Virus record (IMG/VR): IMGVR_UViG_3300020381_001145
Coordinates: 1 to 30,515 of that record
Strand: one strand, 5' to 3'
Length of the DNA: 30,515 nt
Source: a virus
Lineage: Duplodnaviria; Caudoviricetes
Under the pieces are notes generated by a model. It was not told the DNA's origin and made no database searches. It was given only the letters and a program-made list of their open reading frames with translations. Both the position numbers and the translations under genes were made by a program. Below, one piece after another: positions 16,908 to 26,496 of the stretch (the first letter of the stretch is position 1; every line of letters starts with the position of its first letter).

Positions 16908-18306
16908 TAAATATATCCTTCATCTCTGGAAATGTTTCTGCAAATAAAACGCCACGTTGTTGATCACATAGAGATAAAAATTCTTTCATTTCTGGCAAAC
17001 GCCTGCTCCAGTCTTCGCTTTCCATAAAACTTAAGATACCATTCAATCGTTTTATACCATATTCTGCACTACGCCATTGTTCGTATTCGACTTTGCCTTT
17101 ACGCCAACTAGGAATGCCAAGTTCCCAATTAGCTTCCCACCAAGGATACCATGCTTCATACTTGCGTCTACATTCTTTCTTGAACCATTCTGGCAAAACT
17201 TTTACATTTAAGTGTGCAGGCCAATAAACAAAATGTTGGCTTATGCCGCCTGCACCGAAAGGCCACATGTTAATTTTACGAAAGCCTTGTTCTAGCTTCC
17301 ATTGAATCAAATCCGGCAAATAATATACATTAAGAGCCTGAACTGCACAGGCTATAGTCACCTCTACATTATCAGTTGTTTCGTTATCTAGTCGATGAAA
17401 TGTTTTTACTTGATTGTCCCATTCGCTAGGATAACGTATGTAACTATTCATTTCTTTGATACTGTCAATACTGTAGTGGAACCTTACTAACTTGAAATTG
17501 CTCCACAGTTCAAATAAATCATCACGCCATTCTACACCATTTGAATTGTAGCGTAGTTCTAAATCTTTTGCATATCCCATCTTGATAGCATGTTCAAGTA
17601 TTTCGTAGTGTTCTTCAATAATAAGACTCTCGCCACCAGCAAAATAAATCTGTTGCATACTTGGCATTTGCTCATAAAACTGTTTCCAAAATGTTGGATT
17701 TTGTTTGTGCCAATTATAACTGCTTCCATTTGTGCTACCTTTGTCTTTCCATTGCATAATCTCTTTAAGTGATTCATTTTGCACCGCAGGAAATATTGCT
17801 TTGTAATCTTTGATCCAACCTGAACTATCATGCGGGCTACACATCACACAAGCCAATTGACATTTAGTTCCAAAGCGTAAATCAATATATGCTAGGTTAG
17901 GAGGTACACTACCATCTGGTTTTGTTTCTTGTAAGATTTTATCTAAGTCAACCCTTTGACTCCAATAGTGTGTTTCCCACATACGCTTTGACCTGTGTCC
18001 TGCGGCTTCTTCTTTGTAGCACTTTAAACAGCTGGGTGGCTTTTCGCCGTTGAGCATTTGTAAGCGTACATTTTTCATGTAATCACTGTTCCATGCTGTT
18101 TCAAAATCACTCACGTTTAAATTGTTAGGCTTACCGTCGTCTGTTTTTAAAATACCTACTTGTCCACCGTGTTCTTTGTCGTTAGTAGGGCCAACCGAAC
18201 TTGCGTTAGCTGTGCAACATACTCGCATACTTCCATCTGGTCTTGTGCTTAGATGCACCCACGGTAACAAACAAAAAGTATCTGATGGTAGTTCATCTTT
18301 GCTCAT
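16897..18306 (-). CDS. N-terminal-twitch radical SAM protein, class A
   Basis: FCLLPW, RVCC, CLKC, CQLACVMCSPHDSSGW, AGGES, YNSNG, YIRYPSEW, DQQRG...FPE. Confidence 0.93.
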   Translation of the reverse strand: MSKDELPSDTFCLLPWVHLSTRPDGSMRVCCTANASSVGPTNDKEHGGQVGILKTDDGKPNNLNVSDFETAWNSDYMKNVRLQMLNGEKPPSCLKCYKEEAAGHRSKRMWETHYWSQRVDLDKILQETKPDGSVPPNLAYIDLRFGTKCQLACVMCSPHDSSGWIKDYKAIFPAVQNESLKEIMQWKDKGSTNGSSYNWHKQNPTFWKQFYEQMPSMQQIYFAGGESLIIEEHYEILEHAIKMGYAKDLELRYNSNGVEWRDDLFELWSNFKLVRFHYSIDSIKEMNSYIRYPSEWDNQVKTFHRLDNETTDNVEVTIACAVQALNVYYLPDLIQWKLEQGFRKINMWPFGAGGISQHFVYWPAHLNVKVLPEWFKKECRRKYEAWYPWWEANWELGIPSWRKGKVEYEQWRSAEYGIKRLNGILSFMESEDWSRRLPEMKEFLSLCDQQRGVLFAETFPEMKDIFNEL

Positions 18307-19247
18307 TACAATTTTTCCTTTATAAATTTGTCACGTCTGTTTTCTTTACAGGTGCTTTGACATTTGGGTATGCGATTATTTCCAGTCCAACTTTTTTGTA
18401 TGTCTGTCCAGACCTTTCCTGTCATTGCTTGTTCAAGACTGACATTTTCTATATTGATATCATTCATATAATCATTTTCTGTGAGTATTTCTTCAAATCT
18501 ATCTTTTTGTTTGTTGGTTACTGCAAACTCTAACATTTTACTATTTAAGTGACAGCAAGGTATCACATTGCCCATGTGGTTAACAAAAATACGTTTTTGA
18601 TTACCATACTTACAACTTATACAAGGTGATTCTTCTACTTCTACCTTTTTATGTTTTACTCCTCCAGTGTCTTTTCTATGGCTTATAATAGTTTTGAATT
18701 CTTTAAACCCTTCTTGCTTTGCCATTTCTCTGGCAATTTCTAACTGATGTTCGTTGTGTTCAAACACAATAAACTGCCAATTAGCTCTGCCACCTGCTCC
18801 AATAAAAGCTCGCCAATTTTCTCTTACCTTTTTGAAATTACTGCCTTCTCTGTATTGTTCACTAAGTTCGTCACTGCCGTCTACTCCCCATGTTACTTTA
18901 TGGCTAAGCGGTAACAGTGTTGCTAATTTTGTCCACCATTGTGTTGTGCGTAAACTGCCATTGGTTGCAATGTTTATATGACAGTCCCAACTTGCAAAGT
19001 GTTCTATAATTTCAAAAAAGTCTGGATGTGTAGTTGGCTCATCAACACTTCCACAAAAATTAATTATTTTTATGTTGGGAAACATCTCACGTTTAAACTT
19101 TTCTTTGATAACATTTACATCAAGATATGTTTTGTTTAAAATCTTGTCTGCTTCATTACTCAGCACACGAAAACAACCTTTGCATTTGATATTGCAAAAA
19201 CTTGTAAGTTCGATATCAATCCATTCTAATGTTTCAGTTGTCCACAT
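18306..19247 (-). CDS. Radical SAM protein, class B (C-terminal twitch)
   Basis: CNIKCKGCFR, FCGSVDEP, ATNGS, WQFIVFEHNEHQ, SC...FVNHMGNVIPCC...CQSTC. Confidence 0.92.
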   Translation of the reverse strand: MWTTETLEWIDIELTSFCNIKCKGCFRVLSNEADKILNKTYLDVNVIKEKFKREMFPNIKIINFCGSVDEPTTHPDFFEIIEHFASWDCHINIATNGSLRTTQWWTKLATLLPLSHKVTWGVDGSDELSEQYREGSNFKKVRENWRAFIGAGGRANWQFIVFEHNEHQLEIAREMAKQEGFKEFKTIISHRKDTGGVKHKKVEVEESPCISCKYGNQKRIFVNHMGNVIPCCHLNSKMLEFAVTNKQKDRFEEILTENDYMNDINIENVSLEQAMTGKVWTDIQKSWTGNNRIPKCQSTCKENRRDKFIKEKL

Positions 19248-20323
19248 TATTCAAAGCACCACGGTATAGTTTTTTTACTGTTTGTTCCTCTTTTTGAATC
19301 TAGATCTAATAGATACTTTATCATAGTTGCATTACCTTCTTCATCAAATTTATAATCTTTATAAAATTCTTTAAGTCCTTGTACTCTTGTATATTTTAAA
19401 ACTCTTTGCACCACATGAGGCTTCAAACAATTTACAGACAGAAAATTAGGATGATAAAGTTTATGGATATCAGTAGTGCAACCACTCCATTTTTTCCGTA
19501 GCTTTGTTACTACTTTATCTACATTTGGCAAGTTCATTGCTTGTACAGTAATGTTAAAACTACTACTTTTAGGATTTAGATCTACTAATTGTTGGGTACT
19601 TTGACAAAATATATCATGTTGTGTAGGATACCGTATTAGTTCGTTGACACTACCCCACCCATCTATGCTTATAATAAATCTAAGTCTTTTAAACTTTTTA
19701 AGTATTTTTAAAAATGCATCTGTATTACTAACTCCATTAGTTTGAATTTCTATTATTGTATAATCACAATTCCATTTATGTTTAGACAATTTATCTAAAA
19801 AATTATGAACTGATTTCATATAGAAAGGTTCACCTCCTGCTATATAAATTTTTTCAGCTTTATCCTTGCATCTTTCGTATACCCAATCCCAATCTAAGGA
19901 CTCTCTAACCCGTTTCAATTGCTTATTCATTCCTGGCCAAAGATATTTTGAATATACATCTAAATCTTCATACCATTTGCTACTATTAAAAGGATTACAC
20001 ATAGCACATTTTAAGTTACAAGTGTTACCAGGGCGTAAATCCCATACAAGTATTCCTTTGTCACCTCTTGCTAAACTTTGCTGGCGCTTACTTGTTTTTT
20101 TGCCTACAGATTCCTTTATTATACACTCCTCACATTCTGGTCTTTTCCAATCTCCTTTAAATCCTTCTCTAATTTCGTTTATATAATCATTATCTAACAA
20201 TTCATTAATGTCTTCTACATTGGGTCCTCTTTGCTTGAATAGACAACAAGGCTTAGTAACATAACCGTCAGCTTTTTTCTCAACATATATACTGTTTATT
20301 GATTCTAAACAATTATAAGGCAT
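19247..20323 (-). CDS. N-terminal-twitch radical SAM protein, class A
   Basis: NC, KPCC, CEEC, CNLKCAMCNPFNSSKW, AGGEP, QTNG, LDSKRGT. Confidence 0.92.
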   Translation of the reverse strand: MPYNCLESINSIYVEKKADGYVTKPCCLFKQRGPNVEDINELLDNDYINEIREGFKGDWKRPECEECIIKESVGKKTSKRQQSLARGDKGILVWDLRPGNTCNLKCAMCNPFNSSKWYEDLDVYSKYLWPGMNKQLKRVRESLDWDWVYERCKDKAEKIYIAGGEPFYMKSVHNFLDKLSKHKWNCDYTIIEIQTNGVSNTDAFLKILKKFKRLRFIISIDGWGSVNELIRYPTQHDIFCQSTQQLVDLNPKSSSFNITVQAMNLPNVDKVVTKLRKKWSGCTTDIHKLYHPNFLSVNCLKPHVVQRVLKYTRVQGLKEFYKDYKFDEEGNATMIKYLLDLDSKRGTNSKKTIPWCFE

Positions 20324-21482
20324 CTAACACTTCCCCTTCTATAATTTCATACATTTCTGGATTAGCATCCTTAAAAGACATGCCATAATGGTTGTCTAAA
20401 ACTCTTGTGCTTTGTAAAAATTGATCTAGCTTGTTTTTAACTTTTCTGTCACTAAGAACAATATTTTTAAATTGTTGACTGTGACCTGTATGAAAATAAT
20501 TTGGTACCCATTTTTGTCTTATTTCTAACGGAATTTGCTCTAAACACAACCAGTCAGGTCCTCGTAAGGGACTTGGGCTAACCCGCATATCTTTCCAATC
20601 ATTGAAGTAATCAATAATTTCTTGACATTTATTTACATTAAGAATACTTATTGTAGGGTTAGCTCTAACTTCTATCTGTCCTGTGTTAGCTTTTCCATGC
20701 AGTTTGGCCCACGTGGTAATATTTTTATCTATTGTATTCCAATCAACTCCATATCTTGTGCTTTCAGCTAAAGGACCTAGACCGTCAATACTTACTCTTA
20801 TGTTAACCGATTTGAATCCAAGTAACTTATCTAATATATCTTTATGAGGCATAATAGTAGCATTAGTACAAACTTGGAATTCAATATTTTTTGGATCTGA
20901 TTTCTCACATATAGTTTCAATAAACCAATTAAAATTTTTACTATAGAAAGGTTCACCTCCTATAATTTCTACTGATTTTAAATTAGACAGATCACTGTTT
21001 TCTATAACTCTTTTTATACTCTCCGAATAATTTTGTTTTATAGGATTGGTTGTATATACCGGTTGTCCTGTAATTGATCTCAGTTCATGCACTACATCTT
21101 TGGCGCTGTTCCATTTGCTACTGTGTTTAGGAGCACAAATTCTACACATGAGATTGCATGTATAATCTAACGCTATTTGTAAATATTCTACTGTTTCACC
21201 AGTCCCGGTTATTTTTGTATTATACCAATTACGACGTGATTGTGTATTGTTTCTTTCTCTGGCCCAGCAAGTGTCACATTGTGGGATTTTTATTGTTGAT
21301 GTTTCTTTTCTTATCCGCTTTCTTAATATACTATTCAGTGCTTGTTCAAAATTTTCTATCTGACTAATATCTGGAATGTCTAATGTTTTTACGGGGTCAA
21401 AATGACAGCATGGTTTCACACGACCTTCGGCACCGTCAACTGAAATTCCTGTTGACTGTAATTTACAAATTGTATCAAGCAT
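20313..21482 (-). CDS. N-terminal-twitch radical SAM protein, class A
   Basis: IC, KPCC, CDTCW, CNLMCRICAPKHSSKW, IGGEP, TNAT, LDNHYG...NPE. Confidence 0.92.
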   Translation of the reverse strand: MLDTICKLQSTGISVDGAEGRVKPCCHFDPVKTLDIPDISQIENFEQALNSILRKRIRKETSTIKIPQCDTCWARERNNTQSRRNWYNTKITGTGETVEYLQIALDYTCNLMCRICAPKHSSKWNSAKDVVHELRSITGQPVYTTNPIKQNYSESIKRVIENSDLSNLKSVEIIGGEPFYSKNFNWFIETICEKSDPKNIEFQVCTNATIMPHKDILDKLLGFKSVNIRVSIDGLGPLAESTRYGVDWNTIDKNITTWAKLHGKANTGQIEVRANPTISILNVNKCQEIIDYFNDWKDMRVSPSPLRGPDWLCLEQIPLEIRQKWVPNYFHTGHSQQFKNIVLSDRKVKNKLDQFLQSTRVLDNHYGMSFKDANPEMYEIIEGEVLDAL

Positions 21483-22527
21483 AGTCTTTTATCTCATTAT
21501 GGTAAGCCGCATTCTTACCACAGGTGTATAAACATCTTGGCAAGTGTTTACCATGCACAGGATTCCAACTTTCTATCAGTATACTATCAAAGTAAGGATT
21601 TGTCAACACTTCGTTGATATTTTTATCAACCAAACTGTTCCAACCAACGCCAAAATCTGCATATTTCTCATTTATTCCGTGTTTGTTCCATTTGGTGCTA
21701 TCAAATAAAAAACAACACGGCCATAATTCCAGTGTACTACTAATGAATATTTCATTTTGATGGATGTATTTACAATTTATAGTTTTAATCAATTCTTGAT
21801 TTTTTTGGTGATCAACTTTCCCTTCATTGTTTTCTTTTAGGAGTTTGTTTATTTCATCCACTTGTTTTACTTTGGTGTGTTCTTTGTCTCCAGTGGTGGT
21901 AATTTTAGTTTCTAGTTTTTGATTCTTTTTTCCTATTTTAGCTATCCAATCATGATAGCTGTTACGCATGCCTGTTCTAACCTTAAAATTAAAACCTAGC
22001 TGTTGAGCATGAGATTTAGCTATTTCTAATTCGTGTTCATTATGATCAAAAACTATGTAAATCCAATCACCGATTCCGCCAGCGTTTGAGTAGGCTTCCA
22101 TGTTTCTTTCTAGCACATTAAATTTTGTGTTTACACGGTATATATGGTTTGTTTCTCTGTGGCCGTCGACACAGAAATGAACTTTTATTTTACTTGTTGC
22201 ATGGCTTACTTGAGCTAGTCTTATCCACCAGTCTGCTGTGTTGTAACTGCCGTTTGTGCTTACAACACAATAGCCGCCGTTCTCGGCTAGATATGTTAAA
22301 ATATCAGAACACTCTGGGTTAACTATTGGATCTCCTAGCACACCACATATTTTGAATTGCTTACCATCTATATATTCTTTACTAGGAAACAATCTTTGCA
22401 CATCTTTGAATGTAATGTTTTTTACTTCATATGTTCCATCTAATTGTGTTCTAGCACATCCCGGACAGGCGGCATTACAATCACTGCTTAATTCAAGCTC
22501 TATTTTATCAATATCCAAAATATTCAT
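21475..22527 (-). CDS. Radical SAM protein, class B (C-terminal twitch)
   Basis: CNAACPGCAR, ICGVLGDP, STNGS, DGHRETNHIYR, WIYIVFDHNEHE, FISSTLELWPCC...CLYTC. Confidence 0.92.
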   Translation of the reverse strand: MNILDIDKIELELSSDCNAACPGCARTQLDGTYEVKNITFKDVQRLFPSKEYIDGKQFKICGVLGDPIVNPECSDILTYLAENGGYCVVSTNGSYNTADWWIRLAQVSHATSKIKVHFCVDGHRETNHIYRVNTKFNVLERNMEAYSNAGGIGDWIYIVFDHNEHELEIAKSHAQQLGFNFKVRTGMRNSYHDWIAKIGKKNQKLETKITTTGDKEHTKVKQVDEINKLLKENNEGKVDHQKNQELIKTINCKYIHQNEIFISSTLELWPCCFLFDSTKWNKHGINEKYADFGVGWNSLVDKNINEVLTNPYFDSILIESWNPVHGKHLPRCLYTCGKNAAYHNEIKDYA

Positions 22528-22543
22528 TCTTATTATCTATGTA

Positions 22544-22551
22544 TATAAATA
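22544..22551 (+). promoter_or_regulatory. T4-type late promoter TATAAATA
   Basis: Exact TATAAATA in the 29-bp divergent gap, 5 nt upstream of ATG 22557. A one-mismatch TATACATA lies on the minus strand at 22538-22545. Confidence 0.65.
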
Positions 22552-22556
22552 TACTT

Positions 22557-23843
22557 ATGCAAAATAAATCCCCGTCAAATTCTAATCCGGACTTAACAAA
22601 ACTTACAGAACAATACGGCAGTAATTTTTGTCCTGTACCGTTTGAGCATGTAATCATATACGGTGACGAAGTAATGACCTGTTGTAAGACCAAAGTTCCT
22701 ATCGGAAATCTCAAAGATAACACACTCAAAGAAATATATGAAGGTCCTATCATAGAACAAGTAAGACAGCAATTTTTAAAAAACGAAAAACCAACACAAT
22801 GTAAAAACTGTTGGAAAGAAGAAAATGAAACTGGTTTGCCTGCGAATGTGCGTGTAAGTGCAAGTAAAATGAGTGCAGAAACTTGGACTGATGACAGTGT
22901 GACAAAACCACGAATAAAATTCTTAGACGTAGTATGGAGTAACAAATGTAACTTTGCGTGTATGGGGTGTACCCCATTGCTGAGTTCAACTATCAACAAA
23001 TTATTTAAAAAGCAATATAGTAAGTTATATAGCGATCCCGATAAAGATTATTTTGTAGATTATCAAGACTGGGAAACAAATGTTGCTCATATAAAAAGTT
23101 ATATAGAGGAATACGGAGATGAGTTACATTACATACATTTTCAAGGAGGAGAACCGTTTCTAAATAACAGCCTGTTTGATATTTTAGATCTAATGATAGA
23201 GAAAAAGATGTTTAACACTAAAATTTTATTCCATACAAATGGTAGTGTAAGTAAAACACACAAAGGCAAAGATCTAATAAAAGAATATCTTGCGAAGTGG
23301 GGAGAACAAGCTAGGGTAAATTTTAGTCTTGACGGTATCGGAACAAGAGGAGAGTATATTAGATACGGTTATCGACAGAAGACTTGGGAAAGAAATTTTG
23401 CTAAATCTTATGACAATATTCGCACAAGTATTGCCGCAAGAGCAAACGTTTTCAATATTTTGCACTTGGAAGAACTTGCATCTTATTGTAACAATAAAAA
23501 TACAAAAACTGATAAGCGTTTTGGCAGTCTGGGTCATTGGGGCAATAGTGAAAGCAATCTCGGACTAATCAAGATACACGATCCTACTAGAATCAAAGCA
23601 ATAGATTCTTTGAAAAGAATATTACAAACAGGAGATAGTCCTAAGCCTTGGCGTACTAAAATACCAAATTACATCAACTGGTTGGAAAATGATCACATGC
23701 CAGAAAAATGGGCTGTGTACAGATGGGCAAGTAGCCTAAGTGACTTTGATCAAGCTAGAGGCACAGACTTTGACCAAACGTTTCCTGAACTAGTAGAGTT
23801 CAAAAATTATGCATTTGATTGGGCCCAAGATTATAAGAATTGA
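22557..23843 (+). CDS. N-terminal-twitch radical SAM protein, class A (inverted relative to neighbours)
   Basis: FCPVPF, TCC, CKNCW, CNFACMGC, QGGEP, HTNG, EYIRYG, FDQARGTDFDQTFPE. Start moved to ATG 22557 behind the TATAAATA box; the track gives 22539. Confidence 0.92.
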   Translation: MQNKSPSNSNPDLTKLTEQYGSNFCPVPFEHVIIYGDEVMTCCKTKVPIGNLKDNTLKEIYEGPIIEQVRQQFLKNEKPTQCKNCWKEENETGLPANVRVSASKMSAETWTDDSVTKPRIKFLDVVWSNKCNFACMGCTPLLSSTINKLFKKQYSKLYSDPDKDYFVDYQDWETNVAHIKSYIEEYGDELHYIHFQGGEPFLNNSLFDILDLMIEKKMFNTKILFHTNGSVSKTHKGKDLIKEYLAKWGEQARVNFSLDGIGTRGEYIRYGYRQKTWERNFAKSYDNIRTSIAARANVFNILHLEELASYCNNKNTKTDKRFGSLGHWGNSESNLGLIKIHDPTRIKAIDSLKRILQTGDSPKPWRTKIPNYINWLENDHMPEKWAVYRWASSLSDFDQARGTDFDQTFPELVEFKNYAFDWAQDYKN

Positions 23844-24898
23844 CTTGCAAAGGGATCAAACTCTGCACCACATTTCATTGCACACACTTTAAGTTTTCCT
23901 TCGCCACAACTGTTTTTACTCCAACTGTTTTGTATATCGTCAAATATACCTGTTGCAAAAACATTAGCCAGGCCATTACGAGCATCTAATGCCTTTTTAT
24001 CTGGAATAAAATCCCATATCTGTTCTACCTTAGGATCTTTATGCCACCATTTGTACATGCGTCCAGCAGTCCAACAACAGGGCAATGCTAGTCCTTCTGC
24101 TGTGATAAACAGACTGTTTTCTTTCTTAACTTTGCAAACGATAGGAGCCGCGTCATAATATGCGTCCATGCTACCGTATTTTTCTAGTATGACTTCTTGT
24201 TTGGTAAGTGCTTTGTTTTGATATTTTTCTTCTGGCTTTTTAAGCTCTGCTGTATCTTTGCCTTTACGATCTTTGGCTTGATGCTTTTCTTTTTTGTTTG
24301 AATTTGTGTCAATAAATCTTCCAGTCTTCTTTTTCATAAAACGTTCTACACCCCATTCATTAGCAAGTGCTTCTGCTTGTTCAACTTGGTGTTGGTTATG
24401 CTCAAATATCAAATAGTCCCAACGAGCTCTCCCGCCTGCGTTTATAAATGTTCGCATGTTGCGTTCTACATTGTCCCAAACTACATTTTGTCTATATATG
24501 TGATTGGTATCTGCGAGACCATCCACAGAAAAAATAACACAACCGTTGCGGCCAAACACCTTAGCAAGGTTAGTCCAAAATTTTTCATCTTTCGCTCCTC
24601 CATTTGTATTCATACTCAACCACATGGTAGGATTAAGTTCTCTAAAGTAACTGAATATTTCTAATGTATCTTTGGCAACAATAGGATCACCTAAATTTCC
24701 ACACATATACATAGTGTCTAACTGTTTTATAAAGGAAGCAGTAAATATGTCTTTGCAGTCTTTAAGTGACAGTTCATCTAAATTGATATGCGGATTTATA
24801 CCTTCACCATTCATATTACGATCACACATAGGACATGCGGCTTGACAGTTTTGTGTTACTTCTAGATGTATTGTTTTAATGTCTTTGTATCTATACAT
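23831..24898 (-). CDS. Radical SAM protein, class B (C-terminal twitch)
   Basis: CQAACPMCDR, MCGNLGDP, NTNGG, DGLADTNHIYR, WDYLIFEHNQHQ, LFITAEGLALPCCW...CAMKCG. Confidence 0.93.
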   Translation of the reverse strand: MYRYKDIKTIHLEVTQNCQAACPMCDRNMNGEGINPHINLDELSLKDCKDIFTASFIKQLDTMYMCGNLGDPIVAKDTLEIFSYFRELNPTMWLSMNTNGGAKDEKFWTNLAKVFGRNGCVIFSVDGLADTNHIYRQNVVWDNVERNMRTFINAGGRARWDYLIFEHNQHQVEQAEALANEWGVERFMKKKTGRFIDTNSNKKEKHQAKDRKGKDTAELKKPEEKYQNKALTKQEVILEKYGSMDAYYDAAPIVCKVKKENSLFITAEGLALPCCWTAGRMYKWWHKDPKVEQIWDFIPDKKALDARNGLANVFATGIFDDIQNSWSKNSCGEGKLKVCAMKCGAEFDPFASQFL

Positions 24899-25374
24899 TA
24901 TAGCTTCCTCATTAAATTTTCAAGCTCTATGACACCAAAGGAATACTTATAGTCTATAGGATTTTTACAGAAATGGAAGCTGTCAGGATCTATAAGTTTT
25001 ATTTTATTATCTTTAGTAATAACAAAATTATCTATAGTAAGATCATCATGTGTCCAATATATGTTCTTTTCCTTTTTACTGTATTCAACACAATCTAGTA
25101 TCACTTTGAAATAACTTTCACAAATATTTAAACATAAATCTCTGTTTAAATTTTCGGTACTTTTTAAATAATTATTTACTGGACTGAAAATATCGACTTT
25201 TTCTAAAATCAATTTACTAGGCTCAAAATCTAATATTTTAACGTACAACGGATTGTCAGCTGAAAACTCTAAATAAGATTCGTACCATCCCTGTGTTTTG
25301 GTTTTATTCTTAAGATGCTTTACTACATAATCATCAAATATTTCAATAGTAGTGTTTTCTTTTTCAATTTTCAT
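24898..25374 (-). CDS. Small protein-kinase-like-fold phosphotransferase
   Basis: YVVK (beta3 Lys), LILEKV hinge, HDDLTIDN catalytic loop, LIDPD Mg-binding loop; 158 aa. Confidence 0.7.
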   Translation of the reverse strand: MKIEKENTTIEIFDDYVVKHLKNKTKTQGWYESYLEFSADNPLYVKILDFEPSKLILEKVDIFSPVNNYLKSTENLNRDLCLNICESYFKVILDCVEYSKKEKNIYWTHDDLTIDNFVITKDNKIKLIDPDSFHFCKNPIDYKYSFGVIELENLMRKL

Positions 25375-25592
25375 TCAAGTATCAACTTTATATCTTTACC
25401 GGGTCCTGTCCGACTAGGTAGATCTCCGTATTTTTCAACATACCATTTTATAACGGCCTTGTACCAATTTTGGCTGTTGTGATGTGCTTCTTTGTTAAAC
25501 TGATATATGTTGTTGTTAGTTGCCTCCATAGTACTTAACACTCTTGCACTTTCAGTTTGTAGCTCTCGAATAGTTAGATTATCTAATTCCAA
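25371..25592 (-). CDS. Hypothetical protein (73 aa)
   Basis: ATG start, overlap-coupled to both neighbours in the operon; no motif recognised. Confidence 0.7.
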   Translation of the reverse strand: MELDNLTIRELQTESARVLSTMEATNNNIYQFNKEAHHNSQNWYKAVIKWYVEKYGDLPSRTGPGKDIKLILE

Positions 25593-26496
25593 TTCTCATG
25601 TACCTCGTATATTTTTCTATATCAAGCTCTCCTGTAAACAATACTTTACTTAAAGGTGCCATTTGCTCAAAATGTAAACTATCCTTTACACAATTCACGT
25701 GTTCGTCAACATCCATAAAATCATTACTTTGTAATACAACTAGTTTACCAGTGGGTATTTTATTATACCACGTATCAAAGTTTTCGATATGTTCACAACT
25801 AGTGTTAATTATAGTGTCAGGTATATCAGTTATAGGATAACTCATACGATCATTTGCTTTACTCCAAAACTGCCAAGTGTGTTCCCTATAATCTATATCC
25901 ATAATGTCTTGCGTTATACTTTTGAATTTCCATTGATCTACAAACCAAGGTTTGTTAAAAGTTTCTGCAATATCTACACATGTTCGATCAATATCAAAAC
26001 TTCTTATTTTATCTACCTTTATATCACTTTCGAATATCATAGTGGCAAGAGTAGCATACCATCCTGCACATAAGAATACTGTACCTAAATCTACATTACA
26101 TTTTTTTAGTTCGTCAACTAACCAAAGTTTACTTTGTATTTGTCCTCTACTAAAACAATCGTTCCAAATTTTAGTTTCATTTACAAAAAAGTTTTTAAAT
26201 GCTTTTGTAAACTGTGTTTCCACAATATTATCTAGCAATGGCCAAAGTTTCCAAGTATTATCTTCTAATATAAGTTTACGTAAATCCTCATCATTTATCA
26301 ATCTAAATACACTATGCAAATTCTTATCAATTACTGCTTTACATAAATCTTCTTTATCTCCACTAACAGTCGTAGGAAGTAATCTAAAAATACTACTAAT
26401 ATCTTTATCAATATATGCTCTTCGAAGGTCAGAAATTTTACTATTAGTGGGATATAGTAATTCAAATCGATCTAGTAATTCAAATGTCTTGAGCAT
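25579..26496 (-). CDS. Class I SAM-dependent methyltransferase-like protein with N-terminal helical repeats
   Basis: SRGQIQSKLWL, motif I-like VFLCAGWYATLA, motif II IRSFDID, TQDI, IINTSCEH, LQSN. ATG 26496 with AAGGA upstream. Confidence 0.65.
   Translation of the reverse strand: MLKTFELLDRFELLYPTNSKISDLRRAYIDKDISSIFRLLPTTVSGDKEDLCKAVIDKNLHSVFRLINDEDLRKLILEDNTWKLWPLLDNIVETQFTKAFKNFFVNETKIWNDCFSRGQIQSKLWLVDELKKCNVDLGTVFLCAGWYATLATMIFESDIKVDKIRSFDIDRTCVDIAETFNKPWFVDQWKFKSITQDIMDIDYREHTWQFWSKANDRMSYPITDIPDTIINTSCEHIENFDTWYNKIPTGKLVVLQSNDFMDVDEHVNCVKDSLHFEQMAPLSKVLFTGELDIEKYTRYMRIGIR
26233..26430 (-). repeat. Three imperfect 18-aa protein repeats in the methyltransferase N-terminus
   Basis: DLRRAYIDKDISSIFRLL / DLCKAVIDKNLHSVFRLI / DLRKLILEDNTWKLWPLL. 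Confidence 0.65.

Noticed and set aside
23831-23843. Rho-independent terminators at convergent junctions
   Set aside because: The genes overlap here and at 161-164 and 11301-11414; no convincing GC hairpin plus U-tract was found.
26456-26485. 12-bp direct repeat AGTAATTCAAAT (FELL-DR-FELL)
   Set aside because: Only two short copies in AT-rich coding DNA; a small local duplication or chance.
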